Shown in pieces: positions 41,901 through 55,400 of a DNA stretch of 64,000 nucleotides; positions within the stretch are counted from its first letter, which is position 1; the number at the start of each line of letters is the position of its first letter. Source of the DNA: Macrostomum lignano (lineage: Eukaryota); NCBI GenBank assembly GCA_002269645.1, contig NIVC01003946.1, positions 4,301 through 68,300 of the forward strand, given 5' to 3'. The translations under genes were made by a program, and so were the position numbers. The notes under the pieces were generated by a model. It was not told where the DNA came from and did no database searches. It saw nothing but the letters and a program-made list of their open reading frames with translations.

Positions 41901-43996
41901 GCAGTTATTAATAAATTGAGCAATGCCCAACTCGAATCTACAGAGCATTTATCAAACAGAGTGCTCTGGTATCTAGAACAACTGGTATCTGTGCCCCATT
42001 ACTAAATATCGAATTATTCGAACAACTCTCTGCCAACAAGTTCGAGTCCAAATCATTCAGTTCCGGCTGGGTTATTGCCGGCTGGGTCAACACAGCCAGC
42101 CAGTCATATTTGCTGATGGCTGCAGCGAAACACATGCAACTGACCGCTGCCCCCCTCTCAATCATTCCCTGTTGTTGGCAGATCTTGCTGGCGTCGCCCC
42201 GGAGTCGCCAGGGCGCCACGTCGCCTCCGCCGCCGCCGATGTCGGCCGCCGCCGCCGCTGCTGCCGCCGCCGCCGCCGCCGCGGCCACCGGCTTGCCGTT
42301 CCCAACCGGACTTCCGCTGTTCCCCTTCCGCTGCCTGCCGCCGCTTCCGCCGCCTCCGCCGCCACCACCACCGCCCGCCGCCGCCGCCGCCTCACCTGTC
42401 GACATTCCAGTTGGACCCTCTGCCGCCGCCGCAGTCTCTGCCTTTGGTTTCAACCGTCGCCCAGTCGGAGCCGCTCGAGCTCACCACACGAAGAAGTCGC
42501 CGTCGCTTGGATCGACAGCTGCGCCGGTCAAGCAGCCGGTGGAAGATCTGACAGCGGCGTCGGCGCAGTCAGCAGCTGCGATGGATGTCGGCCTGCTGCA
42601 GCAGTCGTTCCTCACAGCGGGGGGCGGTTTCGGCCGAGCCGAACGCGAGTCCAAGACCACCTGCCACCTGTGCAGCAAGGTGTGCAGCTGCAAAAGCGCC
42701 CTGGAGATCCACATGCGAACTCACACCAAGGAGAAGCCGTTCCGCTGCGGCTACTGCGACAAGAGCTTCAGCACCAAGGGCAACATGCGGCAGCACGAGA
42801 ACACCCACCGCCGGGCCGGCGGCAGCGGCAACCCGCTGACCGGCGCCTCGTCCTCGCACACGGCAGCGACGACTTCTCGCAGCCGCCGAATTCAATCGAC
42901 GAAGAGGAGGAAGAGGCCGAGACCGACTGCGAGCGCCGATCGCCTGAGGACGGCGGGGCCGCAGCCCCGGCCGTTGTCAAGGACAACTTCGACGAGGCAA
43001 CCAACGAGGAAGACAAGAATGAAGCGATAGCGGAGGCTGAAGATGAGGCAAACGATGAGGTGCAGGATGGAGGCGACGAGTCGGCAGTTTTGATCTACCG
43101 GCCTGGGCCGGTGGCCACCCCGCCGATGGTCCCGTCAACCACGTCGGCCACCACCTCGACACCGCTGGTGCCGCCGCTGCCGCTGCTGCCCCCACCGCCT
43201 CCGCCACCGCCTCCGCCGCCGCCTCCGCCGCCTCCGCCTCAGCAGCAGCAGCCGCAGCAGCAGCAGCAGCCGACGAAAAAAACGAATCTGCGAATACTGC
43301 GGCAAGGAGTGCCCGACCAAGTCGGCGCTGGACATTCACCTGCGCTCGCACACGGGGGAGAAGCCGTACCAGTGCCCCCGCTGCCACAAGAGGTTCAGCA
43401 CGCAGGGCAACATGCAGGCGCACGTGAAACGGCACTGTCCGGAGACGCGCAACGAGCGAGCCTCCATGGTCAGCGCGGCGGCGGCTGCTGCGGCTGCGGC
43501 TGCGGCTGCGGCCGCCGACCACCAGCGGCAGCATCAAAAAGTCGGATCTCAGCAGCAGCCTCAGCAGCCGCAGCAGCAGCAACTGCAGACTCCGCAGCCA
43601 CCGCTGCATTTCGGCTCGGTGTCTGCGGGTCTGGACCCGTCCGGTCGCTCGACGCAGCCTCCGCCGCCCGTGTCATCGGCAGCCGCCGCCGCCGCGGCCG
43701 CAGCCGCCGCAGCCGCCTTCCACCACCCGATGATGGACTTTCCGCCGCTGCCGCTGCACCCGCCGCCGCCGCACCCGCCGCCTCCTGCCTTCCTAGCCGG
43801 GTTCCTAGCCGGGCCGTCGAAGCAGCACCAGCAGCAGCCGGGCTCGTTCCTCAGTCCGCACTGGAGCCCCCTGATGGGCGGCTTCCCCGGCCCGCTGTTC
43901 CACGCGGCGGCGGCGGCGGCAGCGGCGGGCGGCCAGCTGGACTTCAAGCCGGCGCAGCCGTCTCACGCCACGGCCGACCTTCATGGCGACGACTGA
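32915..43996 (+). CDS. SALL: Spalt/SALL-like C2H2 zinc-finger transcription factor (three double-finger clusters)
   Basis: Exons 32915-33665, [34744-34771?], 36052-36524 (DDPLDQFM; CGECLKDLSCKSALIMHYRTHT), 41028-41257 ([26 protein letters not shown], the SAL box FTTKGNLK), and 42182-43996 (…SCKSALEIHMRTHTKEKPF…FSTKGNMRQH; CEYCGKECPTKSALDIHLRSHTGEKPYQC…FSTQGNMQAH). The last exon needs two single-base frame corrections (~42860, ~43278). Linkage of the first exon is inferred. Confidence 0.88.
33720..34735. repeat. ~23-bp minisatellite in spalt intron 1
   Basis: Unit ~ttcagtaaagcttcagggatagg. Confidence 0.95.
36690..37235. repeat. 22-bp minisatellite in spalt intron
   Basis: Unit caccctgaacccttctctaca(a/g). 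Confidence 0.95.
38015..38740 (+). repeat. 28-32-bp minisatellite in spalt intron; reverse complement present at 48680-49370
   Basis: Unit ccagcctcccagatcctcagttgctggg(cct). Confidence 0.95.
41290..41710. repeat. 24-bp minisatellite in spalt intron
   Basis: Unit aagccaccctctatgaccagctac. Confidence 0.93.
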
Positions 43997-45594
43997 CTCG
44001 GGGGAAGAATCCTCAACAGAATAAAGATTTCTCCCTCTCTCACTCTCTCACTGGACCGGCGCCCAGTCGTGCGTACAGATTTCGAAGTGGAACTTGGCGA
44101 AGCCATCCACAGCAGTGGGGACAAGCTTTGATAATATAATATTAACTGACTCTTTTAAAACGGGCGATGACTTCTCAGCCGCATCAAAAGAGGCTGAGGA
44201 GTGAGGAATTGATGAGGAGAAACCATGGGAACTGCATGCAGCCGAATCCTCTTCCCCATTTCCCCTTGCCGATTTCCCCCTTGGCTGTCCAGCCGAGCAT
44301 TCATGGCATCCGCAGCCCCGGAGCTCTTGAGCATGCCCGCCGCTTGAGAATGATGTCTTCTATAAAAAAGTGGCGGCAAGTGAGGGGCAAATCTGCTAAA
44401 ACGATTTCTATTGAGTCTCTTTCCTGGAATGCCTTCAATACGACACCGTTATTAGGGTACCAGTTATTGCAGGTGGGGGGGAGGCCCAGCTTCCCCGCCT
44501 CATCGCTGGGGAGCACTTGGTCATGCTCCATCCCTTGGCTCTCAATTCCTCTCTCTCTTCTGTCCATAGAAGCAGATTAATTTGAAAATTTATCCTGACA
44601 CCGAGAAAGCCGCCCCCCCCTGTTTCTGCTTGATGAAGACATTTCTACTCGTAGCTTTTTGCGTTCGTAGATTGGCGTGAGTTGGATAAAAAAAGCAAAG
44701 TTGTTTTCATTTATTAATATCATCATTGCTTATTATTTTAGTTGATTTGAAATAACTGTTTCTCACGCATCTAACTGCGCTCTGAATGTTGTCATAATAA
44801 TTATATGATATCGTGTACAACTGTACCTTGAGCACACCATGCGTACCTGTCACACTCCCGTAGCTTCTGTCTAGCAGCACAAAAAATGAAATAAAAGCAT
44901 ACGATTAACTTATAACTCAATCAGTGTAGCAATAAAAATTGAAACCGAAAATTTGACTCGCTCAATTTCAATAAGCATTCATAGGGGGGGGGGGCGATCA
45001 GCCAAAACTTCAGCCAACCGTTTGAAGTAGCCGACAACAATGGCCTGCATTTCATCATCATCATCAAAAGCGCGCACCCCAGACTCCGATGGCCGGATGA
45101 ATAAAGGGCAACATCTTCGCTACCTGAGCAGGCTGATGATTGGCATTTTTGCATTGCAATCAATTTGAGCAGCAGCTGAGACATGCTGGGACTGCCCTTA
45201 ATCCACTGCCCCCACCCCCTAATCAAAAGCTCAACGTGTTTCCTGCAACTCTTCAAGCGGAACAAAGATTAATTGTGTGTGTTAAAAAAAGAGAGTTGAA
45301 TTCCAACCATCAATTACAAGTCACAATAACAATAATAATATTAATATTAATGACTGCATTATTTTATTTTACCATATATTCTACACATTTAAACAAACTG
45401 CACTACTTACATTGAGTTTTAAGTAGTAGAATACGGGGGTTATTTATTGTAGTTTTTTGTCATAAACATTATAACAAAGCTAGTGAAGAAGCGGCTGAAG
45501 AAATTAAGAAAACGTTTAATGTAATAATAGTAGTTTTTCATAAAGCGAACACAGAAGCAGTACGTAAAAATGAGAATAGTATTAGACTTCCAAA

Positions 45595-46110
45595 ACCCCA
45601 AAAAAGCTCGAAATCCCAGATCCCAAAATCCCAAATATCTCGAATCCTAAATCCCAAATAGCTCGAATCCCAGATCCCAAAATCCCAAATATCTCGAATC
45701 CTAAATCCCAAATACGCTCGTAGCTAGAATCCCAGATCCCAAAATCCCAAATATCTCGAATCCTAATCCCAAATAGCTCGAATCCCAGATCCCAAAATCC
45801 CAAATATCCCGAATCCCAAATCCCAATAGCTCGAATCCCAGATCCCAAAATCCCAAATATCTCGAATCCCAAATCCCAAATATCTCGAATCCCAAATCCC
45901 AAATAGCTCGAATCCCAAATTCCAAATATCTCGAATCCCAAATCCCAAATATCTCGAATCCCAAATCCCAAACAGCTCGAATCCCAGATCCCAAAATCCC
46001 AAATATCCCGAATCCCAAATCCCAAATAGTTCGAATCCCAGATCCCAAAAGCCCAAATAGCTCGAATTCCAGATCCCAAAATCCCAAATAACTCGAATCC
46101 CAGATCCCAA
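45595..46110. repeat. AATCCC-rich minisatellite between the spalt and PBRM1 3' ends
   Basis: Variants of aatcccagatcccaaaatcccaaatagctcg. Confidence 0.9.
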
Positions 46111-46450
46111 AAGCACAGCTTCAATAGCAAAGCACAGTAATTATTAAATGCCCAAATTAAAAGCAATTTAATACTAATTATTGCAGTAAAACTCATACAG
46201 ATCAATAAAAAACGAACGCAAGATAACAGTATTATTAACAATAAACAGTAATAGCATAAAACTTGCATTATTCAAGCAATGAAATTTTGATAAAAAGCTG
46301 CATTTAAAAAAACCGATTACACAGGAACTCATGGCTCATACGTAGCGAAAACGTAGGGTTGAGACGCAACAATATTGAATTAACTATATGAATAATATTG
46401 CATAGCGCACAACAGGTCAGATTAAAGAGCTTGGATTAATAAAGACAGTC

Positions 46451-49400
46451 TCACAGCTGATTAAGCGATAATTCAATTTTCAGGGCATCTCTCAGCAGGT
46501 GGTCTCGCAGGCTGCACAGAGCGTTGGTGAGCTCGGCCTGTTGCTGCTGCTGCTGCTGCTGTTGCTGCTTCTGGTAGGCGGGGCGCCCAGAAACGAGTCG
46601 TGCAGCTGCTGCGTAACGCTAGCGTTGGGCTTGCAGTTGAGCTGGGCCGGAGTGGCCTGCCGGTCCCAGTCGCTCAGGTAGGCGCTGTTCGAGCGCAGCC
46701 GCTCGATGTACCTGGCGGTAGGGAGGGGCGGGTTCACCAATAATGGCACTCAGATTTGATAGTGGCACTCAGGATAGTTGGGAATGCCACTCGGATTTGA
46801 TACTGGCACCCAGAATAGTTGAGAATGGCACTCTGGATAGTTGAGAATGGCACTCTGGATAGTTGAGAATGGCACTCTGGATAGTTGAGAATGGCACTCT
46901 TGATAGTTGAGAATGGCACTCTGGATAGTTGAGAATGGCACTCTGGATAGTTGAGAATGGCACTCTGGATAGTTGAGAATGGCACTCTGGATAGTTGAGA
47001 ATGGCACTCTGGATAGTTGAGAATGGCACTGTTGATAGTTGAGAATGGCACTCTGGATAGTTGAGAATGGCACTCAGGATAGTTGAGAATGGCACTGTTG
47101 ACATTTGGAAATGGCACTTTGGATATTTGTGAAGTTCACTCATGAAGGCACTCTGAAATTCGATTCCAAGAATGGCAAACAAGGCAATGGACAATGGCGC
47201 CCAATCAAAGCCTCCTAAAGAACCCTACCGTTTATAGATCTCGCTGTGCAGAGCTCTGGTGGTCTTCGGCGGAGCGGCCACAAACACGGGCAGCTGAGGC
47301 GGCGGCTGCTGCTGTTGCTGCGGCTGCTGCATGGACAGCATTGGCTGCTGTTGATGAGGCGGAAAACCATTAACGCCAGCTGGGCGATGCTGTTGCTGGT
47401 ACTGCATCTGCTGCTGGGCCGGGCCAGAAACTGGGTAGAATGTGACACCCTGCTGCGGCTGCTGCGGCGGGTAGGCCATCTGCTGAGGGTACACCGGCTG
47501 CTGGCCCATAAACTGCTGCTGCTGCTGCTGAGGCACCATAGGCTGCTGCTGATAGGCCGGCTGATACTGATGATGAGGCATCATGGGAGGCTGGGCTATC
47601 GGGTACTGCTGCTGCTGAGTCGGAGGCGACTGGCGACTGGGAGCGCTGGCGGCGGCGGTGGCGGCGGCGGCGGCAGCGGCGGCGGCCTTCTCCGCCTCCA
47701 TCTTGGCGCGGGTGTCGGCAGCTCGGCGCTCGTAGACGTCCTTCTCCGACTGGGGCAGCTTGCGCCACTGGGGTGTCAGTGTTGATGGCAGGCGATTGAT
47801 GGATGTCTGTTGCTTTAATACATAAAGAGCCCACTACAACAAAATACCCAACAGATCCCACAATACCCCAACAGATCCCACAATACACCAACAGATCACA
47901 CAATACCCCAACAGATCCCAAAATACTCCAACAGATCCAAAATACCCTAACAGATCCCAAAATACCCAACAGATCCCAAAATACCCCAACAGATCCCAAA
48001 ATATCCCAACAGATCCCAAAATATCCCAACAGATCCAAAATACCCCAACAGATCCCAAAATACCCAACAGATCCCAAAATACCCCAACAGATCCCAAAAT
48101 ATCCCAACAGATCCCAAAATACCCCAATAGATCCCAAAATACTCCAACAGATCCCAAAATACCCCAACAGATTCCAAAATACCCCAAAAGATCCCAAAAT
48201 ACTCCAACAGATATCAAAATGCTCCAGCAGACCCCAAAATACCCCAACAGATCCCAAAGTACCTCAACAGATCCCAAAATACCCCAACAGATTCCAAAAT
48301 ACCCCAACAGATTCCAAAATACTCCAACAGATCCCAAAGTATCCCAATAGATCCCAGAGTACCTCAACAGGTCGAAAATACTCCAGGATCCCAAAATTCT
48401 TTAAAGATCTACTGAAAAAAATCGTACAGATACTAGAATCCCACAGAAAAACAAATTGGGATACGAAATTAAAATGAAAAAATTAAAACCAAAAAATCGT
48501 TCAAACAAGCTGGCAGAACGCTCACCATCTGTCCGACCTCGCGGCTGATGTCGCCAAACCCGGCGCCCTCGTTCTCCATCATGATGCGCTTGCGGACTTC
48601 GCTGGCGTACACGACATAGCCGCTGGGGCATTTCTTCTTCTTCTGCAATAGGGGGTGGTGAGGGAAACATGATGTAGTGGCCCAGCAACTGAGTATCTGG
48701 GAGGCTGGCCCAGCAACTGAGGATCTGGGAGGCTGGCACAGCAACTGAAGATCTGGGAGGCTGGCCCAGCAACTGAGGATCTGGGAGGCTGGATGGCCCA
48801 GCAACTGAGGATCTGGGAGGCTGGATGGCCCAGCAACTGAGGATCTGGGAGGCTGGCCCAGCAACTGAGGATCTGGGAGGCTGGCCCAGCAACTGAGGAT
48901 CTGGGAGGCTGGCTCAACGACTGAGGATCTGGAAGGCTGGCGGTGGCACAGAAATGAGGATCTGGGAGGCTGGATGGCCCAGCAACTGAGGATCTGGGAG
49001 GTTGGCTCAGTAACTGAGGATATGGGAGGCTGGTGGCCCAGCAACAGAGAATCAGAGGATCTGGGAGGCTGGCACAGAGAATCAGAGGATCTGGGAGGCT
49101 GGCACAGAGAATCAGAGGATCTGGGAGGCTGGCACAGAGAATCAGAGGATCTGGGAGGCTGGCACAGAGAATCAGAGGATCTGGGAGGCTGGCACAGAGA
49201 ATCAGAGGATCTGGGAGGCTGGCACAGAGAATCAGAGGATCTGGGAGGCTGGCACAGAGAATCAGAGGATCTGGGACTGGCACAGAGAATCAGAGGATCT
49301 GACGCTGGCACAGAGAATCAGAGGATCTGGCTGGCACAGAGAATCAGAAGGACACAGAGAATCAAAGGACACCTAAGCAAGTGTGCGTCACTCACAGACG

Positions 49401-52326
49401 AGGCGCCAGTCCTGTTATTCCTGCCGCCCTGCGGAGTGCCGGGAGTGGTGGGCACCTCGTCCATGGTGGTGCTGGTGGACATGCTGTCGCGGGTGTTGTC
49501 GTCGTCAAAGTTCAACGATCCGGCACCATTGCCGCCGCCGCTGCTCAAGGCTGAGGAAGCTGCGGCAGCAGATGAGGCGGTCAGCTGGTCCATATCCAGG
49601 GGAGTCTGAGACGCTTCGTACAGCAGCGGCGTGACCGATTTTCTCGGCACTATTGGCTGCTTGAAAAAGTACACCTCGTCCTCGATAGTGCCTGGCTGAT
49701 TGGTGAACTTTTTCAAACCCTTTCTCAACTTCCTGATGGCTTTGTCCTCCAGGAAGTACTTGCTCTCGCAGATGTACACGTCGTCTTCGGCATACTCGGT
49801 TGGCCGGCATGCGGAGTAGTCAGCGAGCGAGAGGATGCAGCAACGGCCGAGCACAGAGGAGAGCATGTGAGTAGAGTGCTCAACACTGCACAGAAAGTAC
49901 TCCTTGGCGTACAAGGTCATAGTGGGCAGGTGTTCAACATCTTTGGGCGGCAGGAACCAGGGACCGCTGAAGTAGACGCAGTTCTGTACCGTGTTGCGCC
50001 ACAGCTTGTCCACCTGTTGATTGATGAATGAGGGATGGAGAATGGTTTGTAAAAGGGTACTGCTGGCAGTAAAATGGGAAATATATTAATAGATAAGGAG
50101 AGAAGGTCATAAGAGACAGAGTAGATGAGGGTAAGACGGAGAGTAGATGAGGGTGAGACGGAGGTAAGAGACAGAGAGTAGATAAAGATGAAAAGGAGAT
50201 AATAGACAGATTAGATTAGGTGAGAAGGAGATATGAGACAGAGAAGATGGGGTGAGAGGGAGATGAGAGACGGAGAGTAGATAAGGGTTAGAGGGAGATA
50301 TAAGAGACGGAGAGTAGATAAGGGTTAGAGGGAGATAAGAGACGGAGAGTAGATGAGGGTGAGACGGAGATAAGAGACGGAGAGTAGATGAGGGTGAGAG
50401 AGAGATAAGAGACGGAGAGTAGATGAAGGTGAAAAGGGGATAAAGGACAGAGTAGATGAGGGTGAGAGCGAGATAAGAGACGGAGAGTAGATGAGGGTGA
50501 GAGGGAGAAAAGAGACGGAGAGTAGATGAGGGTGAGAGGGAGATAAGAGACGGAGAGTAGATGAGGGTGAGAGGGAGAAAAGAGACGGAGAATAGATGAG
50601 GGTGAGAGGGAGATAAAAGACGGAGAGACAGTGGATGAGGGTGAGAGGGAGATAAGAGACGGAGAGTAGATGAGGGTGAGAGGGAGATAAGAGACGGAGA
50701 GTAGATGAGGGTGAGAGGGAGATAAGAGACGGAGAGTAGATGAGGGTGAGAGGGAGAAAAGAGACGGAGAATAGATGAGGGTGAGAGGGAGATAAAAGAC
50801 GGAGAGACAGTGGATGAGGGTGAGAGGGAGAAAAGAGACGGAGAGTAGATGAGGGTGAGAGGGAGATAAGAGACGGAGAGTAGATGAGGGTGAGAGGGAG
50901 ATAAGAGACGGAGAGTAGATGAGGGTGAGAGGGAGAAAAGAGACGGAGAATAGATGAGGGTGAGAGGGAGATAAAAGACGGAGAGACAGTGGATGAGGGT
51001 GAGAGGGAGAAAAGAGACGGAGAGTAGATGAGGGTGAGAGGGAGTAAAAGACGGAGAGACAGTGGATGAGGGTGAGAGGGAGAAAAGAGACGGAGAGTAG
51101 ATGAGGGTGAGAGGGAGATAAGAGACGGAGAGTAGATGAGGGTGAGAGGGAGAAAAGAGACGGAGAGTAGATGAGGGTGAGAGGGAGATGAGACAAAAGC
51201 GAAGCGAGCACGAGTCTCACCCTAACGATGGTCCTGCCAGTGCCATCAACGCTGGGCACGTAGACAAAGTCACCCAGCCGAAGCCAGAGCCCGGAGTTGG
51301 GATCAGCCGCGTACTGATCGTAGGTGATCAGGCCCTCAGTCTGGGACCGATCCTCCAGCACTACATTCTCCCGTAGCGACTCAATGATTGAGGTGGCGGT
51401 CGGATCTTCATGCTTGGGCGCCTCGAAGACGTAGGGCACCACGGCCATGCGGTGCAGACCGATTGGGCTGGGCCGCTTGTCGTTGGTGACACCGTCGGGA
51501 CGGGGCGATGTCCAGCGCTGGATGCGAGAGAATGTGCGGGGGAATTGGGATTCCAATATACTCGTAGGTGAATTCGAAGTAAATTGATGCTTGTAATGAT
51601 TGGGACTCGGGGAGAGGGGATTGGGACTAGGGGGAGAGGGGATTGGGACTCGGGGGACAGGGGATTGGGACTCAGGGGACAGGGGATTGGGACTCGGGGG
51701 ACAGGGGATTGGTATTAGGGGGACAGGGGATTGGGACTCAGGGGACAGGGGATTGGGACTCGGGGACAGGGGATTGGGACTCGGGGGACAGGGGATTGGT
51801 ATTAGGGGGACAGGGGATTGGGACTAGGGGGACAGGGGATTAGTATTAGGGGGACAGGGGATTGGGACTCAGGGGACAGGGGATTGGGACTCGGGGACAG
51901 GGGATTGGGACTAGGGGGACAGGGGATTGGGACTCAGGGGACAGGGGATTGGGACTCAGGGGACAGGGGATTGGGACTCGGGGGACAGGGGATTGGGACT
52001 CAGGGGACAGGGACTCGGGGACAGGGGATTGGGACTCGGGGACAGGGGATTGGGACTCGGGGGCAGGTGGTTATGACTCACCGTTATCTTCTGGAAGAAG
52101 CTGTGCTGGCCGGCACAGTATTGGAACTCGCAGGCGTACACATCCTTGAAGTCGAAGCCGCGAGGCATAAAATTTTCAAAATCTTTGATGCTCATAACCA
52201 TGCACTTGCCAAGAATGCTATTGGCTGGCACTGTTGCACGCTGGTCCGTTTTGAACACCTCCTGTGGTGTAGAGATGAATATTATAATAGGGCTGGATGG
52301 TTAAAGATAAATTAGATTAGATTGGA

Positions 52327-52417
<91 letters not shown>

Positions 52418-55400
52418 TACAGACAGACAGACAGACAGACAGCACTCACATTAGGCAGGAATTTCCTATGCCTGCTGTGCACAGTCTGCTTGGGCTTCAG
52501 AAACCAGTTGACGCGAACCAGCAGGCGGCTTCCGCCACCGCCGCCCTCGCCGTTGGCGGATTCAGTCGGGCTGTTGGTCTCGCAGGCGAAGCCAACAACT
52601 TGACCAATTCGAACTTGGCCGGATTGGGACGGATCGGGGATCGGCTCCAAGGTCTGAAAAGAGATTTTAAAAGGGGAGAGGAATTTTGTGCAAGTTTGTT
52701 AAAAGCACTGGGGTGTCAGAAGGAGTATTTGGGTGTCAGAAGGAGTACTGGGATGTCAGAAGGAGTACTGGGATGTCAGAAGGAGTACTGGGGTGTCAGA
52801 AGGAACACTGGGGTGTCAGAAGGAGCACTGGGGTGTCAGGAGCACTGGGGTGTCAGAAGGAGCACTGGGGTGTCAGAAGGAGCACTGGGGTGTCAGAAGG
52901 AGTATTGGGGTGTCAGTAGGAGCACTGGGGTGTCAGAAGGAGCACTGGGGTGTCAGAAGGAACACTGGGGTGTCAGAAGGAGCACTGGGGTGACAAAGAA
53001 ATTGATTACCTGATCCTCATCCCTCACGTAGACAAAATCGCTGACAAGCACTTTAACCCCGGCAGTGGTTTCAGCCTCCTTGATGTCGGTATTCGATTGA
53101 AAGCCGTCGTCAGTATCGACGGGAGCTTCAGCCGTCGAGTCCGTGGCAGATTTAGCGGCCTCAGATTTGAGCAATTCTTCCAGCATTTTGCAGGTGAAGC
53201 CGCTAGCTGGAGACTGCAGCGAGCCCGAGCTGCCCGTGGAATATTTCGACACGCACAGCATCGAGTCGCGAGTTCGAACAAAGAATCGCTGCAATTCGCA
53301 GGCGTCTTTATAAATCTGCGACTGACGCGACGGGGCGGCGGCTCGGATCCGAGCGAATGCGTCGAACAGGTCCTCCTGGAAGCGCTGGAATCGGCGATAG
53401 CGGCCTGACTGGACTCGGTGGAAAATCTCTTCCAGAGGAATGACTGGCCGGTCGCTGCTGCCGTCAGCGCTGGCCGCGCGATGGGATTCGTCGTAGAGCT
53501 CGTCGAATGAGTCCACTAGGAGGCGGCCGTCCTCGTCCTGGAATGGGATAACTAATCTCAGGTGATTCATAGCAATATCCCATAGCGGGATAACTAATCT
53601 CAGGTGATTGATAAAAATATCCCATAGCGGGATAACTAATCCCAGGTGAGTCATATCAATATCCCATAGTGGAATAACTAATCCCATGTGATTCAAAACA
53701 AAATCCCATAATGGGATAACTAATCTCAGGTGAGTCATAACAATATCCCATAATGGGATAACTAATCCCAGGTGAGTCATAACAATATCTGATAGCGGGA
53801 TAACTAATCCCAGGTGAGTCATAACAATATCTGATAGCGGATAACTAATCCAGGTGAGTCATAACAATATCCCATAATGGGATAACTAATCCAGGTGAGT
53901 CATAACAATATCCGATAGCGATAACTAATCCCAGGTGAGTCATAACAATATCCCATAGCATGATGACTAATCCCAGGTGAGTCATAACAATATCCTATAA
54001 TGGGATAACTAATCCTCGGTGATTCATAACAATATCCCATAGCGGATAACTAATTCCAGGTAAGTCATAACAATATCCCATAATGGGATAACTAATCCCA
54101 TGTGAGTCATAACAATATCCCATAGCGGGATAACTAATTCCAGGTGAGTCATAACAATATCCCATAGCGGGATAACTAATCCCATGTGATTCAAAACAAT
54201 ATCCCATAATATGATAACTAATCCCATGTGATTCAAAACAATATCCCATAATATGATAACTAATCCCATGTGATTCAAAACAATATCCCATAATGGGATA
54301 ACTAATCCCAGGTGATTCCAGGATAAGTACTCCAAACACGAATCCCGTCAGCTCACCGCATGATTCATAGTCTGAGTCAGCAGTCCCTTCATCACATCGC
54401 GAACAGCCGCCATCACGTCGGGCACCTCGGCAGCCGCGGGGTCTTCGTCCAATCGCAGCAGCCGACGCTTCTCCATGACAACCCGCAGCAACACCAGCGC
54501 ATCCTGATAGATCTGCGATCCGGTCTCGTTGAACAGGCAGGCATTGTCGAACATGAGCTCAAAGTCTGCCAGCATATCGGCGGCCTGGGTGTACTTTCCC
54601 GAGCCCAGCTTGGACTGGATGCTGGTTAGATCTATCGGCTTCTTGATGAACTCGTAGTACTGCGGCAGCTCTTGCCGGGTGGGCAGGCGGGCGAACACCG
54701 ATGAGAGAACGCGCCCGGAGACTGGGTCACGGTAGTCTCTGACGGTGTGGAACAGGTCCTGCAGACGGCGGGGCAGCGAGCTCGAAGAGCTGACGGCCGC
54801 CTGCTGAGCTGCGCTGGTTGAAGACCTTCGATGAGAGAGATGATGGGAGATAAATTCGAATGAGCAGATGTTGAAGGTTAATGAGCACAGATGACCTTCA
54901 GTGAGAACAGATGAGCACAGATGACCTTCAATGAGCACAGATGACCTTCAGTGAGAACAGATGACCTTCAATGAGCACAGATGACCTTCAGTGAGAACAG
55001 ATGACCTTCAATGAGCACAGATGACCTTCAGTGAGAACAGATGAGCACAGATGACCTTCAGTGAGAACAGATGAGCACAGATGACCTTAAATGAGCACAG
55101 ATGACCTTCAGTGAGAACAGATGACCTTTAATGAGCACAGATGATCATCAATGAGCACAGATAAGCATAGATGAGGATAGATGACCTTCAATGAGCACAG
55201 ATGACCTTCAATGAGCAGGAATAAGGGTCAATGAGCACTGAGAGAGATGAGGGTCAGGTGAGTTAGGGCGCTTAGTCTTGTTATAATTAGCAGTAATTAG
55301 ATTGGCCGTTGAGAATCGCCAGCAATGCTTATACGGTTTATATTAAACATTTACTACTGCAAGTAAGCAATTCGAGAGTGAAAAAGAGGAGTGAATTAAA

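Noticed and set aside
42172-43300. Programmed ribosomal frameshifting in spalt
   Set aside because: It would need both a -1 and a +1 event with no convincing stimulatory signals; sequencing error is simpler.
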